Assembly: GCA_963675595.2 (NCBI GenBank)
Contig: CAXXLZ010000002.1
Coordinates: forward strand, 2,048,001 to 2,112,000
Source: Thermodesulfobacteriota bacterium
GTDB lineage: Bacteria > Desulfobacterota > Desulfarculia > JACQYL01
Length of the DNA: 64,000 nucleotides
Reading direction: 5' to 3'
A program made the position numbers and the translations under genes. The notes under the pieces are model-generated. The model was not told the origin of the DNA. It did not search any database and saw nothing but the letters and a program-made list of their open reading frames with translations. Shown piece by piece: positions 39,013-49,094 of this stretch. Position 1 is the first letter of the stretch; each line of letters begins with the position of its first letter.

Positions 39013-40572
39013 TCAGGAGCGAGCAGCCGATGGGAAAAGGCTCGGGTCCGTATGCGGAATGAACTTGGCCGCGCTGAATAGACCCATGAAATGGGCGTTC
39101 ACGTTCAACTCCAGGTAGGTCACTTTTTCCGCGATACTCTCCACCTCCCCCATAAGCCTTCTGTCGGACAAAAACAAAGCCGCGCCCGCCAGCGAGCTGT
39201 TTCCCAAGGGAGTGTATCGTTCAAGGGGCAGGTCAGGAATCATTCCGATGCGTATGGCCATGGAAGGATCGATATAGGTGCCGAAAGTCCCCGCCACGAA
39301 AAACTTGTCCACGTCCCCGAATCCAAGCCCCACTTCCTCCACGATGGTGGTGAGGATGGTATACATCGCGGCCTTGGATCGGAGCAGGATATCCAAGTCC
39401 ACTTGGCTCAGACTCACATCACGGCCGTGGGCGGTCCCTGCTCCCGGAACAATAACGAACGCCCGGCCCTCATCGGTTTCCAGAATTCGTTCGTGATCCA
39501 TGCCCCGGATCTTGCCTCTCTGATCAATAACGTCGGAAGCGAACAGCTCGGCCACCAGATCGATGAGGCCCGAACCACAAATACCCGAGGGAAGCTCTCC
39601 GCCGATCACGGAAAACCGGGTTTCCAAAGTCTCCCGATCAATGCGTACGTGGTCGATGGCTCCCTCACCCGCCAACATGCCCATCTTGGCCACGCCGCCT
39701 TCCAAAGCAGGCCCCGCAGCCCCGGCACACGCGAGCAACCATTCCGAATTCCCCAGCACCACCTCCGCATTGGTACCTACATCCACCAGGAAGCACACAT
39801 CCGGACTCTTATGCAGCCCGGAAGAGAGAATCCCGGCGATCAGGTCGCCGCCGAAATAGCTCCCCACATTGGGAAACACGAACAACTCGGCGTTTGGATG
39901 AATGCCCAAACCGTGCACGGGTGCGGGCACCCAACCGGGACGGTTCACCACCGGGATATAGGGTTCCTTCCTGATATTGGAAGGATCAAGACCTAGAAGG
40001 AAATGAGTCATGGTGGTATTCCCCGCCACCGCGGCAACCCCGATGGAGCTCGGAGAAATGCCCAACTCACCACACATGGTATCCAGCGCGCCGTTGAAGC
40101 CGTCTCGCACCCGGCGCTGCAATGATTCCAACCCTCCGGGTCCTCCGGCGGACTGGATTCTCGACAAAATATCCGCGCCGGCTTCCGCCTGTGGGTTGGG
40201 AACCGTGCATTCACCGACCACCTCCCCGGTATCGCAATCCGTCAGGCGGCATACCAGAGTGGTTGTGCCTAAATCCATGGCGAGAGACAAATTCGGGGGT
40301 TTTGAGTCGTCGGAATACAGGTCGAGGAGCCTCCAGACTCCCTTCCTCCGGAAAAGCCTGGCGGACACACGGAAGTTCGACCTCCGGAGCAGCCCCGGTA
40401 TGCGCCCCCATGAGGAGCAGGGAATCTCCACCGGTTCCTGCAGAACTCGCGACAACTCCCGGCCGAGCCGCTCGACGTCGGCCGTGTTATCGCTCAAAGA
40501 CGGCGGCTCAAGCGCCGCCGCGCAATCGATCACCCATGCCTTTTCGTTCAGCGCGTCTGAAATCGCCTGCAT
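39013..40572 (-). CDS. ASKHA/DUF4445 protein of the RACo family (corrinoid reductive activator-like), with no N-terminal [2Fe-2S] domain
   Basis: AMDLGTTT, AGNTTMTH, GGDL.AG, DVGTNAE, AAGPALEG, GICGSG, LGNSSLAGA. Confidence 0.88.
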   Translation of the reverse strand: MQAISDALNEKAWVIDCAAALEPPSLSDNTADVERLGRELSRVLQEPVEIPCSSWGRIPGLLRRSNFRVSARLFRRKGVWRLLDLYSDDSKPPNLSLAMDLGTTTLVCRLTDCDTGEVVGECTVPNPQAEAGADILSRIQSAGGPGGLESLQRRVRDGFNGALDTMCGELGISPSSIGVAAVAGNTTMTHFLLGLDPSNIRKEPYIPVVNRPGWVPAPVHGLGIHPNAELFVFPNVGSYFGGDLIAGILSSGLHKSPDVCFLVDVGTNAEVVLGNSEWLLACAGAAGPALEGGVAKMGMLAGEGAIDHVRIDRETLETRFSVIGGELPSGICGSGLIDLVAELFASDVIDQRGKIRGMDHERILETDEGRAFVIVPGAGTAHGRDVSLSQVDLDILLRSKAAMYTILTTIVEEVGLGFGDVDKFFVAGTFGTYIDPSMAIRIGMIPDLPLERYTPLGNSSLAGAALFLSDRRLMGEVESIAEKVTYLELNVNAHFMGLFSAAKFIPHTDPSLFPSAARS

Positions 40573-40654
40573 ATTCCCCGTCCTTTCATGGGTTTCTTCG
40601 CTGCTGTGCGCGTGTACCAATCAGTCCATCAGGGTGTCAAGCCCCCGGCCCGTG

Positions 40655-40683
40655 TTGACCGCTTCGTTTCCTTATGCGACAAT
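40655..40683 (+). promoter_or_regulatory. sigma70-like promoter TTGACC-N17-GACAAT for mqnD
   Basis: Spacing and extended -10 TG; a divergent TTGACA lies on the minus strand ~15 bp away. Confidence 0.4.
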
Positions 40684-40734
40684 CCCCTATGGGTTGATTT
40701 TCTTTGCTTATCCCGAATCCTTCTCTTCCCGATA

Positions 40735-41580
40735 ATGGATCAGCCGGTGAAAACGGAACTTCGACTGGGCTTCTCCGGATGCCCCAACGACACGGCGATC
40801 TTCTTCGCCCTGATCACCGGAAGGGTCCCTTTTCCGGGCCCCCGTCTCCGTGAAACCATCCAGGACGTCGAGGCGTTGAATCAGTTGTGCCTCAATGGAA
40901 TCCTCGACGCGAGCAAGGTGTCCTTCCACGCGGCCGGGAGACTTCTGCGAGATTACGCCCTACTGCGCTCCGGGTCCGCCCTTGGGCGCGGATGCGGACC
41001 ACTCATCACGGCTCGTCCGGGGCGTTCCCTTCACGATCTCGCCTCGGGAAGCGTGGGTGTTCCCGGCAGATATACCACGGCTCAGCTCCTGCTGAATCTC
41101 TATTCCCCCGCTCCCTGTCGGGAAGTCCCCATGCTGTTCAGCGAAATCATGCCGGCGGTGGCGGACGGCCGGTTGGATTTCGGTTTGGTCATTCACGAAG
41201 GAAGATTCACCCTCTCTCGTTACGGCTTGGTCGCCCTGCTGGACCTTGGGGATTGGTGGGAAAGGAAGACCGGTTTACCCATCCCCTTGGGAGGGATTGT
41301 GATCAAGCGGTCCCTAGCGCATCTTGCCGCGTCCCTGGAAACGGCCATCCGAGAGAGCCTTCTTTACTACCGCGCTCACCCCGAAGCCGCGGCCCCTTTC
41401 ATCAAGATGCACGCCCAAGAATTGGACGCGGAGGTGATCCGAAGCCACATCGAACTCTATGTGAACGAGGAAACTCTTGGATTCAGCCGAGAAGGAGAAG
41501 AATCCGTTCGCACTCTGTTCCGGCTCGCTTCGGAACGAGGGCTGATTCCTGCGGTGGAAGACCCGTTGTTTTCGACCTGA
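40735..41580 (+). CDS. mqnD: 1,4-dihydroxy-6-naphthoate synthase (futalosine menaquinone pathway)
   Basis: GFSGCPNDT, DVEALN, ALGRGCGP, IHEGRFT, DLGDWW, PIPLGG, HIELYVN. Confidence 0.93.
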   Translation: MDQPVKTELRLGFSGCPNDTAIFFALITGRVPFPGPRLRETIQDVEALNQLCLNGILDASKVSFHAAGRLLRDYALLRSGSALGRGCGPLITARPGRSLHDLASGSVGVPGRYTTAQLLLNLYSPAPCREVPMLFSEIMPAVADGRLDFGLVIHEGRFTLSRYGLVALLDLGDWWERKTGLPIPLGGIVIKRSLAHLAASLETAIRESLLYYRAHPEAAAPFIKMHAQELDAEVIRSHIELYVNEETLGFSREGEESVRTLFRLASERGLIPAVEDPLFST

Positions 41581-41716
41581 AGCCGGAAGTCCGCTCTGAA
41601 CGCCCGGCGGCGCTCTTGATCGTCCGGAACAAATCCATCGGCGCTTCGATTTCCAAGTTGCCTTGTGAACCAAAGCATGATATCAGAAAATAGACGTATA
41701 AGGATCTTGAAATTCT

Positions 41717-42274
41717 ATGCATTTCAATCTGCTTGACATCGTCATCCTTCTGATCTTGGTGATCCTGGTCTTTCGTGGAATCCAGAAAGGATTCCTCCGG
41801 GACGTCTTTTCCGCTCTCGCCCTGATCGCCGCCTTCATGGGGGCTTCTTACCTCAGCAATGATATTGAGGAACTGCTCAAAGAGTTTCTCAAGTTCGAAT
41901 ACCTGAATTTTGTTTCCTACGGCATCGCGTTCATCGTGATTTACTGCGGCGTCGCCTTAGCCGGCTACTCCCTGAGACGGGCCCTGAACTTCGGTTTTTT
42001 CGGCTCTTTGGATCGGATTCTCGGCGCGGTCCTGGGAGGATTGAAGGCGGTATTGGTGGTTTCTTTCCTCCTTATTCTCCTCACCGCCTTCCTGGACAAG
42101 GATTCCCAGATCATACGCAAGTCCGGGCTCGCCAAATACGGACTCATGGTATCCAACCAAATCGTCAAGATGCTGCCCGACAAGTTCAGACAGCAATTCC
42201 AGGAGGGCATGGACGCGACCAGGCAGTACCGGAATATGATGGAGAAGAACCTGGATAAGCTGAAAGAACTCTGA
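41717..42274 (+). CDS. cvpA: CvpA family membrane protein
   Basis: LDIVIL, RGIQKGFLR, LDRILGAVLGGLK; hydrophobic pattern. Confidence 0.88.
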   Translation: MHFNLLDIVILLILVILVFRGIQKGFLRDVFSALALIAAFMGASYLSNDIEELLKEFLKFEYLNFVSYGIAFIVIYCGVALAGYSLRRALNFGFFGSLDRILGAVLGGLKAVLVVSFLLILLTAFLDKDSQIIRKSGLAKYGLMVSNQIVKMLPDKFRQQFQEGMDATRQYRNMMEKNLDKLKEL

Positions 42275-42467
42275 TCATCGTCGATGGGATGAACCCTCAC
42301 AAGACTTCGGCGGCGAGCCGTCGGAGCCGTTTCACCTCGGAGACTTCCCAACCAAGCCCCTCACCCCGGCATCGGACGATCGTTCCGGACCTCTTTGGAC
42401 GCTGTAAGGGGAGCCGGTTTCTTTTTTCCGGGAGGCGGAGGGGGCTTTTGGAATCACTCGTAAGATC

Positions 42468-43982
42468 ATGAACTCCCTACAGTCGGAACACCCTTTTTCA
42501 AGGTTGCTGGAATTGATCCGAACCCTACGCGGGGAAAACGGATGTCCCTGGGACCGTATCCAGACCCCCGGTACCGTGATTCCCTACCTCCTTGAGGAAA
42601 CCTTTGAAGCTTTGGACGCCTTCGAAAAAGGCGACCCTCAAGAGTTCAAATCGGAACTAGGCGACCTCCTTTTTCAGATTCTCTTCCTGGCGGAAATGGA
42701 AAGCGAATCCAAGCGCTTTTCCATCGAGGATGTTTTGTCCTCCATTACAGAGAAGATGATCCGCCGACATCCACACGTCTTCGGCACGGATCAGGTTTCC
42801 GAAGTATCCCAAGTGGTGGAGGCTTGGCATCGGATCAAACAGGAAGAACGACGTGAAAAATCAGCCGGGCTCCTCGACTCCGTACCTCGAAACCTGCCCG
42901 CTCTGATGTTTGCTCACCGCGTGGGCCGGAAAGCCTCCAAAGCGGGATTCGATTGGCAGGACGTGGAAGGCGTCCTGGAAAAGATTGAGGAAGAGCTCGG
43001 AGAACTGCGCGAATCCATCCGCATCCACGGCACGGAGCACCCCTCGGTGAGGGAGGAATTGGGGGACCTGCTGTTCGCCGCGGCCAATCTTTCCAGGTTC
43101 CTGAATGTTCCGGCGGAATTCGCACTGCGCAACGCGGTTCGGAAATTCATCCGCAGATTCGAGCAGGCTTCGGCCGACCTCGAATCCGCCCATACGGAAC
43201 CTGAGTCCATTTCCGCTGAAGCTCTCGACGCCGTGTGGGAGAAAAGCAAGGCCTCGGAACAGGCTCAAATTTCTCGGGATCCGGAGTGGATCGCCCGAGC
43301 GGAGGAAAAGCTCGGGTATCGTTTCTCACAGCCCGATCTGTTGCGCCGAGCCTTCTGTCACGATTCCTACGCCAACGAGCACCCCGAAGAATTCAAGCAA
43401 AGCAACGAGCGGCTAGAATTTCTGGGAGATGCCGTGCTCTCTTTATTGACCTCGACCAGGCTTTATCATCGCTTCCCGGAGGCCCCGGAGGGCGACCTCT
43501 CCAAAAGGAGAGCGTCCCTGGTGAACGCCCAATCCTTGGCACGAGCCGCATCTGCGCTCGGTCTGGATGAGTTTGTTTTGCTGGGACGGGGAGAGGAAGC
43601 TTCCGGCGGACGGCGGAAAGACTCCATCCTTTCCGACGTCATGGAATCCGTTTTGGGAGCGCTCTATTTGGACGGAGGGACGGAAGCTGCGGCCACTCTG
43701 GTGGAAAGGGCGCTTGGGGAGAAGATTCGTTCCGGCGACGCGGAACCCGGGAATCCGGACTACAAGAGCCGTCTCCAGGAAACCACCTACGCGCTCTTCA
43801 AACTTCTGCCCGAGTATCTACTTATTGATGAACAGGGACCGGACCACGACAAGACCTTCTGGGTGGAATCGCAGCTGGACGGCCGCTCCCTGGCGGTGGG
43901 GGCCGGACGAACCAAGAAGGACGCGGCGCAGCAGGCGGCTCGCGCAGCCCTCAGGAGGATCGAAAGCGGTTGGCGCCCTTAA
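42468..43982 (+). CDS. mazG-rnc: Fused MazG nucleoside-triphosphate pyrophosphohydrolase / ribonuclease III
   Basis: aa 1-~262: GCPWDR.QT, EETFE, ELGDLLFQ, RRHPHVF, GFDW, EELGDLLF; aa ~275-504: NERLEFLGDAVL, DYKSRLQE, GPDHDKTF, TKKDAAQQAA; one uninterrupted frame. Confidence 0.93.
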   Translation: MNSLQSEHPFSRLLELIRTLRGENGCPWDRIQTPGTVIPYLLEETFEALDAFEKGDPQEFKSELGDLLFQILFLAEMESESKRFSIEDVLSSITEKMIRRHPHVFGTDQVSEVSQVVEAWHRIKQEERREKSAGLLDSVPRNLPALMFAHRVGRKASKAGFDWQDVEGVLEKIEEELGELRESIRIHGTEHPSVREELGDLLFAAANLSRFLNVPAEFALRNAVRKFIRRFEQASADLESAHTEPESISAEALDAVWEKSKASEQAQISRDPEWIARAEEKLGYRFSQPDLLRRAFCHDSYANEHPEEFKQSNERLEFLGDAVLSLLTSTRLYHRFPEAPEGDLSKRRASLVNAQSLARAASALGLDEFVLLGRGEEASGGRRKDSILSDVMESVLGALYLDGGTEAAATLVERALGEKIRSGDAEPGNPDYKSRLQETTYALFKLLPEYLLIDEQGPDHDKTFWVESQLDGRSLAVGAGRTKKDAAQQAARAALRRIESGWRP

Positions 43983-44986
43983 GCCCTTTCATCATTCCTC
44001 TTTTCATCCCCCATCTCGGTTGTCCCCACAGGTGCGTTTTCTGCAACCAACACGCCATCACGGGAGCCTCCAATGATATTTCTCTTTTCGCCGACTTCTT
44101 AAGGACCGGCCTGGAATCCCCCAAGGCGCGCGGAAGAAGCGTTCAAGCCGCCTTTTACGGAGGGAATTTTTCCTCCCTCTCCCCATCATTGAAAGACTCG
44201 TTGCTCGGTCTATGCCGGCCTCACCTGGATAAGGGCCTCATCGACTCCATCCGCATTTCCACGCGCCCGGACACCATTAACGAGGACGAAATCCGCTATC
44301 TGGTCGGTCACGGCGTTCGCACGGTGGAATTGGGTGTGCAAAGCATGGACGACCAAGTCCTGGCCGCCGCGCAAAGGGGACATGACGCCCGCTCGGTGGA
44401 ACACGCCGTTTCCCTCCTTCGGAAAGCCAACCTCACCGTGGGCGTACAACTGATGCCCGGCCTGCCGGGGGATACCCGAGAAAAAACCGTGCGCTCCGCC
44501 CGCCTGGCGGCACGCTTGCGACCTCACCTGGCGCGCATTTATCCCACTCTGGTTCTCCGTGACAGCGTTTTGGCCGACCTTCATCAAAAAGGCGCCTATG
44601 TACCCTTGAGTCTGGAGGAGGCCGTGGATTGGACTTCGGAAGTGCTCGACATTTTTGAAACCGCCGGAGTTCGAGTCATCAGGATGGGCCTCCAGGACTC
44701 TCCCTCTCTCCATGCCGAGGGGGAGCTCATTGCAGGCCCGTTTCATCCGGCCTTCGGGGACCTTGTGCGCGCGGCACGCCGTCGGTCCCGTATCGATGCG
44801 CTCCTGGCCGCTCGAAAAGGCGCGGCAGCCGTTCGAATTCGAGTACATCCCAACCTCGCCCACCATGTACGAGGCCGCGGCAGTCGAAATCTGGATGCTT
44901 TCAGGAATCGATGGGACATCGACGAACTTACGCTGGAAACCGACGACGCACTGAACAAGGACGAAATCCGTGTCGAAACGGCCTGA
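43970..44986 (+). CDS. Radical SAM protein (Elp3-like core of the type often found next to rnc)
   Basis: IPLFIPHLGCPHRCVFCNQ, AFYGG, IRISTRPD, ELGVQS, RIYPT, AGPFHPAFG. Confidence 0.88.
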   Translation: MAPLSPFIIPLFIPHLGCPHRCVFCNQHAITGASNDISLFADFLRTGLESPKARGRSVQAAFYGGNFSSLSPSLKDSLLGLCRPHLDKGLIDSIRISTRPDTINEDEIRYLVGHGVRTVELGVQSMDDQVLAAAQRGHDARSVEHAVSLLRKANLTVGVQLMPGLPGDTREKTVRSARLAARLRPHLARIYPTLVLRDSVLADLHQKGAYVPLSLEEAVDWTSEVLDIFETAGVRVIRMGLQDSPSLHAEGELIAGPFHPAFGDLVRAARRRSRIDALLAARKGAAAVRIRVHPNLAHHVRGRGSRNLDAFRNRWDIDELTLETDDALNKDEIRVETA

Positions 44987-45869
44987 GATATACAAGTCCG
45001 GCTTTATCGCCCTCATCGGGGCGCCCAATGTGGGTAAGTCCACCTTGCTCAACCGTATTTTGGGCCAGAAGGTTTCCATCACCTCGGCCAAGCCTCAGAC
45101 CACCCGCAACCGGATACTAGGGGTCCGACATTTTCCCGGGGGTCAGATGGTTTTCTTGGATACTCCGGGCATCCATGTCGCCCGCTCCAAGTTAAACCGG
45201 CGTTTGGTCACCACCGCCCACTCCACGCTCAACGAAGTGGATGCCGTGTTCTGGGTTGTGGATGCCTGCCATGCGTGGGGCGAGTCGGAAGCCCTGATCC
45301 TCAGCCTCCTCGAACGTCTAACCACTCCCGTATTCCTGTGCGTCAACAAAATAGACTTGGTGGACGCGCAGACCGTTTCCCGAATCAAAGAAGAATTCGC
45401 GGCCCGAAGACCCTTTCAAGCAATCGCGGCGGTTTCCGCCTTGCGGGGTCCCGGCGTCGAGGGCTTGCTCAAAGAGACCGAAAAAGTGTTGGCGGAAGGG
45501 CCTCCGTACTTCCCCCAGGAGATGATCACCGATCTTTCGGAACGCTTTCTCGCCGGCGAAATCGTGCGGGAAAAAGCCATGAGACTTCTCGGCGAGGAAA
45601 TTCCTTATGCGGTGGCCGTCACCGTGGAAGGATTCAAGGAAAAGCCGGATGGGGGCATGGTGGTCATCCAGACCACCATTCACGTGGAAAGGGATTCCCA
45701 GAAAAGCATCGTCATTGGGAAAAAGGGGAGCATGCTCAAACGAATCGGTACGGATGCGAGAAAAGACCTGGAGAAACTCCTGGGGACCAGAGTCTATCTC
45801 GAGCTGTTCGTACGCGTGCAGGATAAGTGGAGACAAAAAGACCCGCTGATGGATGAATTCGGATACTGA
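44970..45869 (+). CDS. era: GTPase Era
   Basis: GAPNVGKST, QTTR, DTPG, NKID, EEIPY, KH domain VIGKKG. Confidence 0.98.
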   Translation: MSKRPEIYKSGFIALIGAPNVGKSTLLNRILGQKVSITSAKPQTTRNRILGVRHFPGGQMVFLDTPGIHVARSKLNRRLVTTAHSTLNEVDAVFWVVDACHAWGESEALILSLLERLTTPVFLCVNKIDLVDAQTVSRIKEEFAARRPFQAIAAVSALRGPGVEGLLKETEKVLAEGPPYFPQEMITDLSERFLAGEIVREKAMRLLGEEIPYAVAVTVEGFKEKPDGGMVVIQTTIHVERDSQKSIVIGKKGSMLKRIGTDARKDLEKLLGTRVYLELFVRVQDKWRQKDPLMDEFGY

Positions 45870-45874
45870 AGCCC

Positions 45875-45959
45875 CATTGGACGACTTCATCAAGGCGGTC
45901 GACGGGGGCCGGCTCAAAAAACGCGTCTGCGGACGCCTCTTTGTGAAGCGGCGTCAATG
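45875..45959. repeat. Degenerate inverted repeat, possible MITE remnant
   Basis: CATTGGACGACTTCATCAAGGCG ... CGCCTCTTTGTGAAGCGGCGTCAATG are imperfectly complementary. Confidence 0.35.
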
Positions 45960-46118
45960 TTTGTTTCGTGGACGGTCATCCCCGCCGCCGGCAGGTCGGG
46001 TCGGGCACTGATGCCTTCCCTCAAGCCGGATGCGCCGGCCCCTTTCACCAGTCTGAAAAATCCTCCCCGAGATCACGAATTGTGTTACATTCCAAGGATC
46101 ACATTACGACAGCGGGCC

Positions 46119-47069
46119 ATGCGTCAAGTGCAAGAAATCCAAAGTAAATATGATCCTTCAGCAACCATCGTGGTCCATCCCGGAAAGTGCCTGGACTTTC
46201 TACGAACCGTGCCGGACGCGGTTTTTCAACTCATCATCACGTCCCCGCCCTACAACATCGGCAAGGAATACGAGCGAAGGCTCGACCTCCGTGCCTACCT
46301 GGATCAACAGGCCTCCGTGATCCGAGAATGCGTCCGATGCCTCAAGCCGGAAGGGAGTATCTGCTGGCAGGTGGGAAACTACGTGGAGGGAGGGGCGGTA
46401 GTACCCCTGGATACGGTGCTTTACCCCATTTTTACCGACCTGGGGTTACGCATGCGCAATCGCATCGTTTGGCATTTTGAACACGGTCTCCATTGCAGCC
46501 GTCGGTTCTCCGGACGCTACGAAACCGTCATGTGGTTCACCGCCGGCGACGATTATGTGTTCAATCTAGACCCGGTGCGCGTTCCCCAAAAGTATCCCGG
46601 CAAGAAGCACTTCAAAGGGCCCCGGGCGGGGGAATACTCCTGCAACCCGTTGGGCAAGAACCCGGGGGACCTTTGGATCATCCCCAACGTCAAATGCAAC
46701 CACGTGGAAAAGACGGAGCACCCCTGCCAGTTCCCCGTGGAACTCATCGAACGTTTTGTCTTATCCTTGACCCACGAGGGGGATATGGTCTTCGACCCGT
46801 TCCTGGGCGTGGGAACCACGATCATTGCCGCCATTCGGCACGGTCGCCGCGGCCTGGGAACGGAAACCGAATCCAAATACGTCCGACTTGCCCAAGACCG
46901 GATCCGCAGCCAACTCTCGGGCACCCTCCGCACCCGTCCCATGTACAAACCGGTTTACAATCCCAGGACCGCCGGAAATCAGCTCATCCGAGCTCCATGG
47001 AATCCCGATCCAACTTCGCTGGAGGCGCCCCCGTCCGATCGCAGGGAACCGGATGACGGACAACCGTGA
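46119..47069 (+). CDS. Orphan beta-class amino-DNA methyltransferase (probably N4-cytosine)
   Basis: Motif IV ITSPPY precedes HPCQFP and motif I DPFLGVGTT; start uncertain. Confidence 0.9.
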   Translation: MRQVQEIQSKYDPSATIVVHPGKCLDFLRTVPDAVFQLIITSPPYNIGKEYERRLDLRAYLDQQASVIRECVRCLKPEGSICWQVGNYVEGGAVVPLDTVLYPIFTDLGLRMRNRIVWHFEHGLHCSRRFSGRYETVMWFTAGDDYVFNLDPVRVPQKYPGKKHFKGPRAGEYSCNPLGKNPGDLWIIPNVKCNHVEKTEHPCQFPVELIERFVLSLTHEGDMVFDPFLGVGTTIIAAIRHGRRGLGTETESKYVRLAQDRIRSQLSGTLRTRPMYKPVYNPRTAGNQLIRAPWNPDPTSLEAPPSDRREPDDGQP

Positions 47070-47816
47070 AGACGCTCCGGGCTCTGTGGAATGAAAAAGC
47101 CCGGCGGACAATGTCGCCCGACACAGATATAAACCAAACACATCGTGGCTTTTTCCTTGACTCCGCTCAAGCATGCGCCGTTGACCGCTCAAATCGGATA
47201 AACTCGAGGCACCCACGCATTTCTTCATCGTCTCCGAGACCATGATAACGGCCTACTCCCGGTGATCTTCTTCCGACGGGGAGGCTGTACGCCGCGTGCC
47301 CTCTCCTCCCACCAGTGATATCAACCCTTCCAGGTAACCCGACATCCGCACCGATTGTGCGTTCATCTCCTCCGAAGCCCCGGCGTTCTCTTCGGCATTG
47401 GCCGCGTTCCGTTGAACGATCTTGTCTATTTCAGTGATGGCTCCGTTGACCTGTCCGATGCCCCGTACCAGTTCGTTGGAACCCGCGGCGATCTCACCCA
47501 CCAATTGTTCCACCTTTGTGGAGATATCGGATACCTGCATGAAATCGCCATTGGTCCTGGTCACTAATTCCGTACCCTCTTTGACCTTTTTGACCGTGCT
47601 CTCGATAAGAGCGGCCGTGCTTTTGGCCGCGTCCGCGGCCCTCATGGCCAGATTGCGCACTTCGTCGGCCACCACGGCGAATCCGGCGCCCGCCTCTCCC
47701 GCACGAGCGGCTTCAACCGCGGCGTTCAGAGCTAGAAGGTTGGTTTGGAAAGCAACTTCATCAATGTTCTTCACGATCTTCTGAGTCTCTTCGCTCGCTT
47801 TGAAGATATCCTCCAT

Positions 47817-49094
47817 CACAACTGTCCGGTTAAGCGAACAAAAATAGGCCTGAAACAGCCCTTTCGTGCTATATTAGTTTTGCCTGTAACTAATTGAAGC
47901 GAAAGGAGAATCAGGCCATGGCACATGTTAATACTATATTCGCTCAGCTGCTTCAACTGGTTGATAGACATGATTTTCGACGCATTGAGAACCAAGGTTA
48001 TCGGCCTATACAAAAGTATCGAACGCTTGACCGCTGGGAACAGTTTGTTGTGATGATGTTTGCTCAAATCACCACAAGATGTGGCGTTCGGGATATCGTG
48101 AATCAATTCAGGTTTCAGTCGAGAAGGCTTTATCATTTGGGTGCGCGTACGGTGAAGCGTTCCACTCTCGCGGACGCGAACAGCAGCCGTGACGCCGGAT
48201 TTTTCGAAGCCGTTTTCCATCATCAGTACAAAAAGTGCGCGTCCGTAGCCCCGAGGAAGCGATTTCGCTTCAAGAACAAGCTGTACTCCCTGGACGCATC
48301 GGTGGTGGATTTATGCCTGTCGCTCTTTGATTGGGCCAAGTTTCGGACCACCAAGGGCGGCATCAAACTACACACGCTCTTGGACCACGATGGGTACATT
48401 CCCGCTTTCGTACAAGTCTCCGAGGCCAAGAAAGCGGACCTCACCGTAGCCAAGTTGCTTCGGCTGCCTTCGGGCTCCATCGTGGCCATGGATCGCGCAT
48501 ACGTTGATTTCGCCTGGTTTCGGGATCTCAACGAGAACAACATCTCCTTCGTGACTCGGATGAAAAAGAACATCAAGTACCAGGTCGTAAAACGTCATAG
48601 GGTCCTCAAATCCAAAGGAGTAACCTCGGATCAGACTATTATCCTTACCGGCACGAAGGCCAAAGAGTGCCCCATCCCACTGCGACGGGTGGGATATCGG
48701 GATCCTGAAACGAAAAAACATTATGTCTATCTAACCAATATCTTTCGGCTTTCATCAAAAACCATCGCAGATATCTACCGGGACCGGTGGCAGATAGAGC
48801 TGTTTTTCAAGTGGATCAAACAGAACCTTAAGGTCAAAACCTTCTTCGGGACTACTAAAAACGCCGTACTCACTCAGCTCTGGATCGCCCTGATCACCAT
48901 GCTTCTGCTGGCCTACTACAAATTCCTGGCCCGCTTGGGGAACAGTCTCTCTCAAATACTCCGTCTACTCCAATTGAACCTCTTCAACCGACGAAACATA
49001 TGGTGCTTATTTGATCCAGGAACACTAAAACAAACATCTTCACATCAGCAACAATTAACCCTTAATTTCAACTAGTTATAACCGGACAGTAGTG
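47817..49094 (+). mobile_element. IS4-family insertion sequence, 1278 bp
   Basis: 16-bp TIRs CACAACTGTCCGGTTA / TAACCGGACAGTAGTG (1 mismatch); 9-bp TSD ATCCTCCAT at 47808-47816 and 49095-49103. Confidence 0.96.
47918..49075 (+). CDS. IS4-family DDE transposase (DUF4372-like N-terminus)
   Basis: RSTLADAN, SLDAS, KLHTLLD, MDRAY, YRDRWQIELFFKWIKQ (YREK-type motif); AAGGAG RBS. Confidence 0.95.
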   Translation: MAHVNTIFAQLLQLVDRHDFRRIENQGYRPIQKYRTLDRWEQFVVMMFAQITTRCGVRDIVNQFRFQSRRLYHLGARTVKRSTLADANSSRDAGFFEAVFHHQYKKCASVAPRKRFRFKNKLYSLDASVVDLCLSLFDWAKFRTTKGGIKLHTLLDHDGYIPAFVQVSEAKKADLTVAKLLRLPSGSIVAMDRAYVDFAWFRDLNENNISFVTRMKKNIKYQVVKRHRVLKSKGVTSDQTIILTGTKAKECPIPLRRVGYRDPETKKHYVYLTNIFRLSSKTIADIYRDRWQIELFFKWIKQNLKVKTFFGTTKNAVLTQLWIALITMLLLAYYKFLARLGNSLSQILRLLQLNLFNRRNIWCLFDPGTLKQTSSHQQQLTLNFN

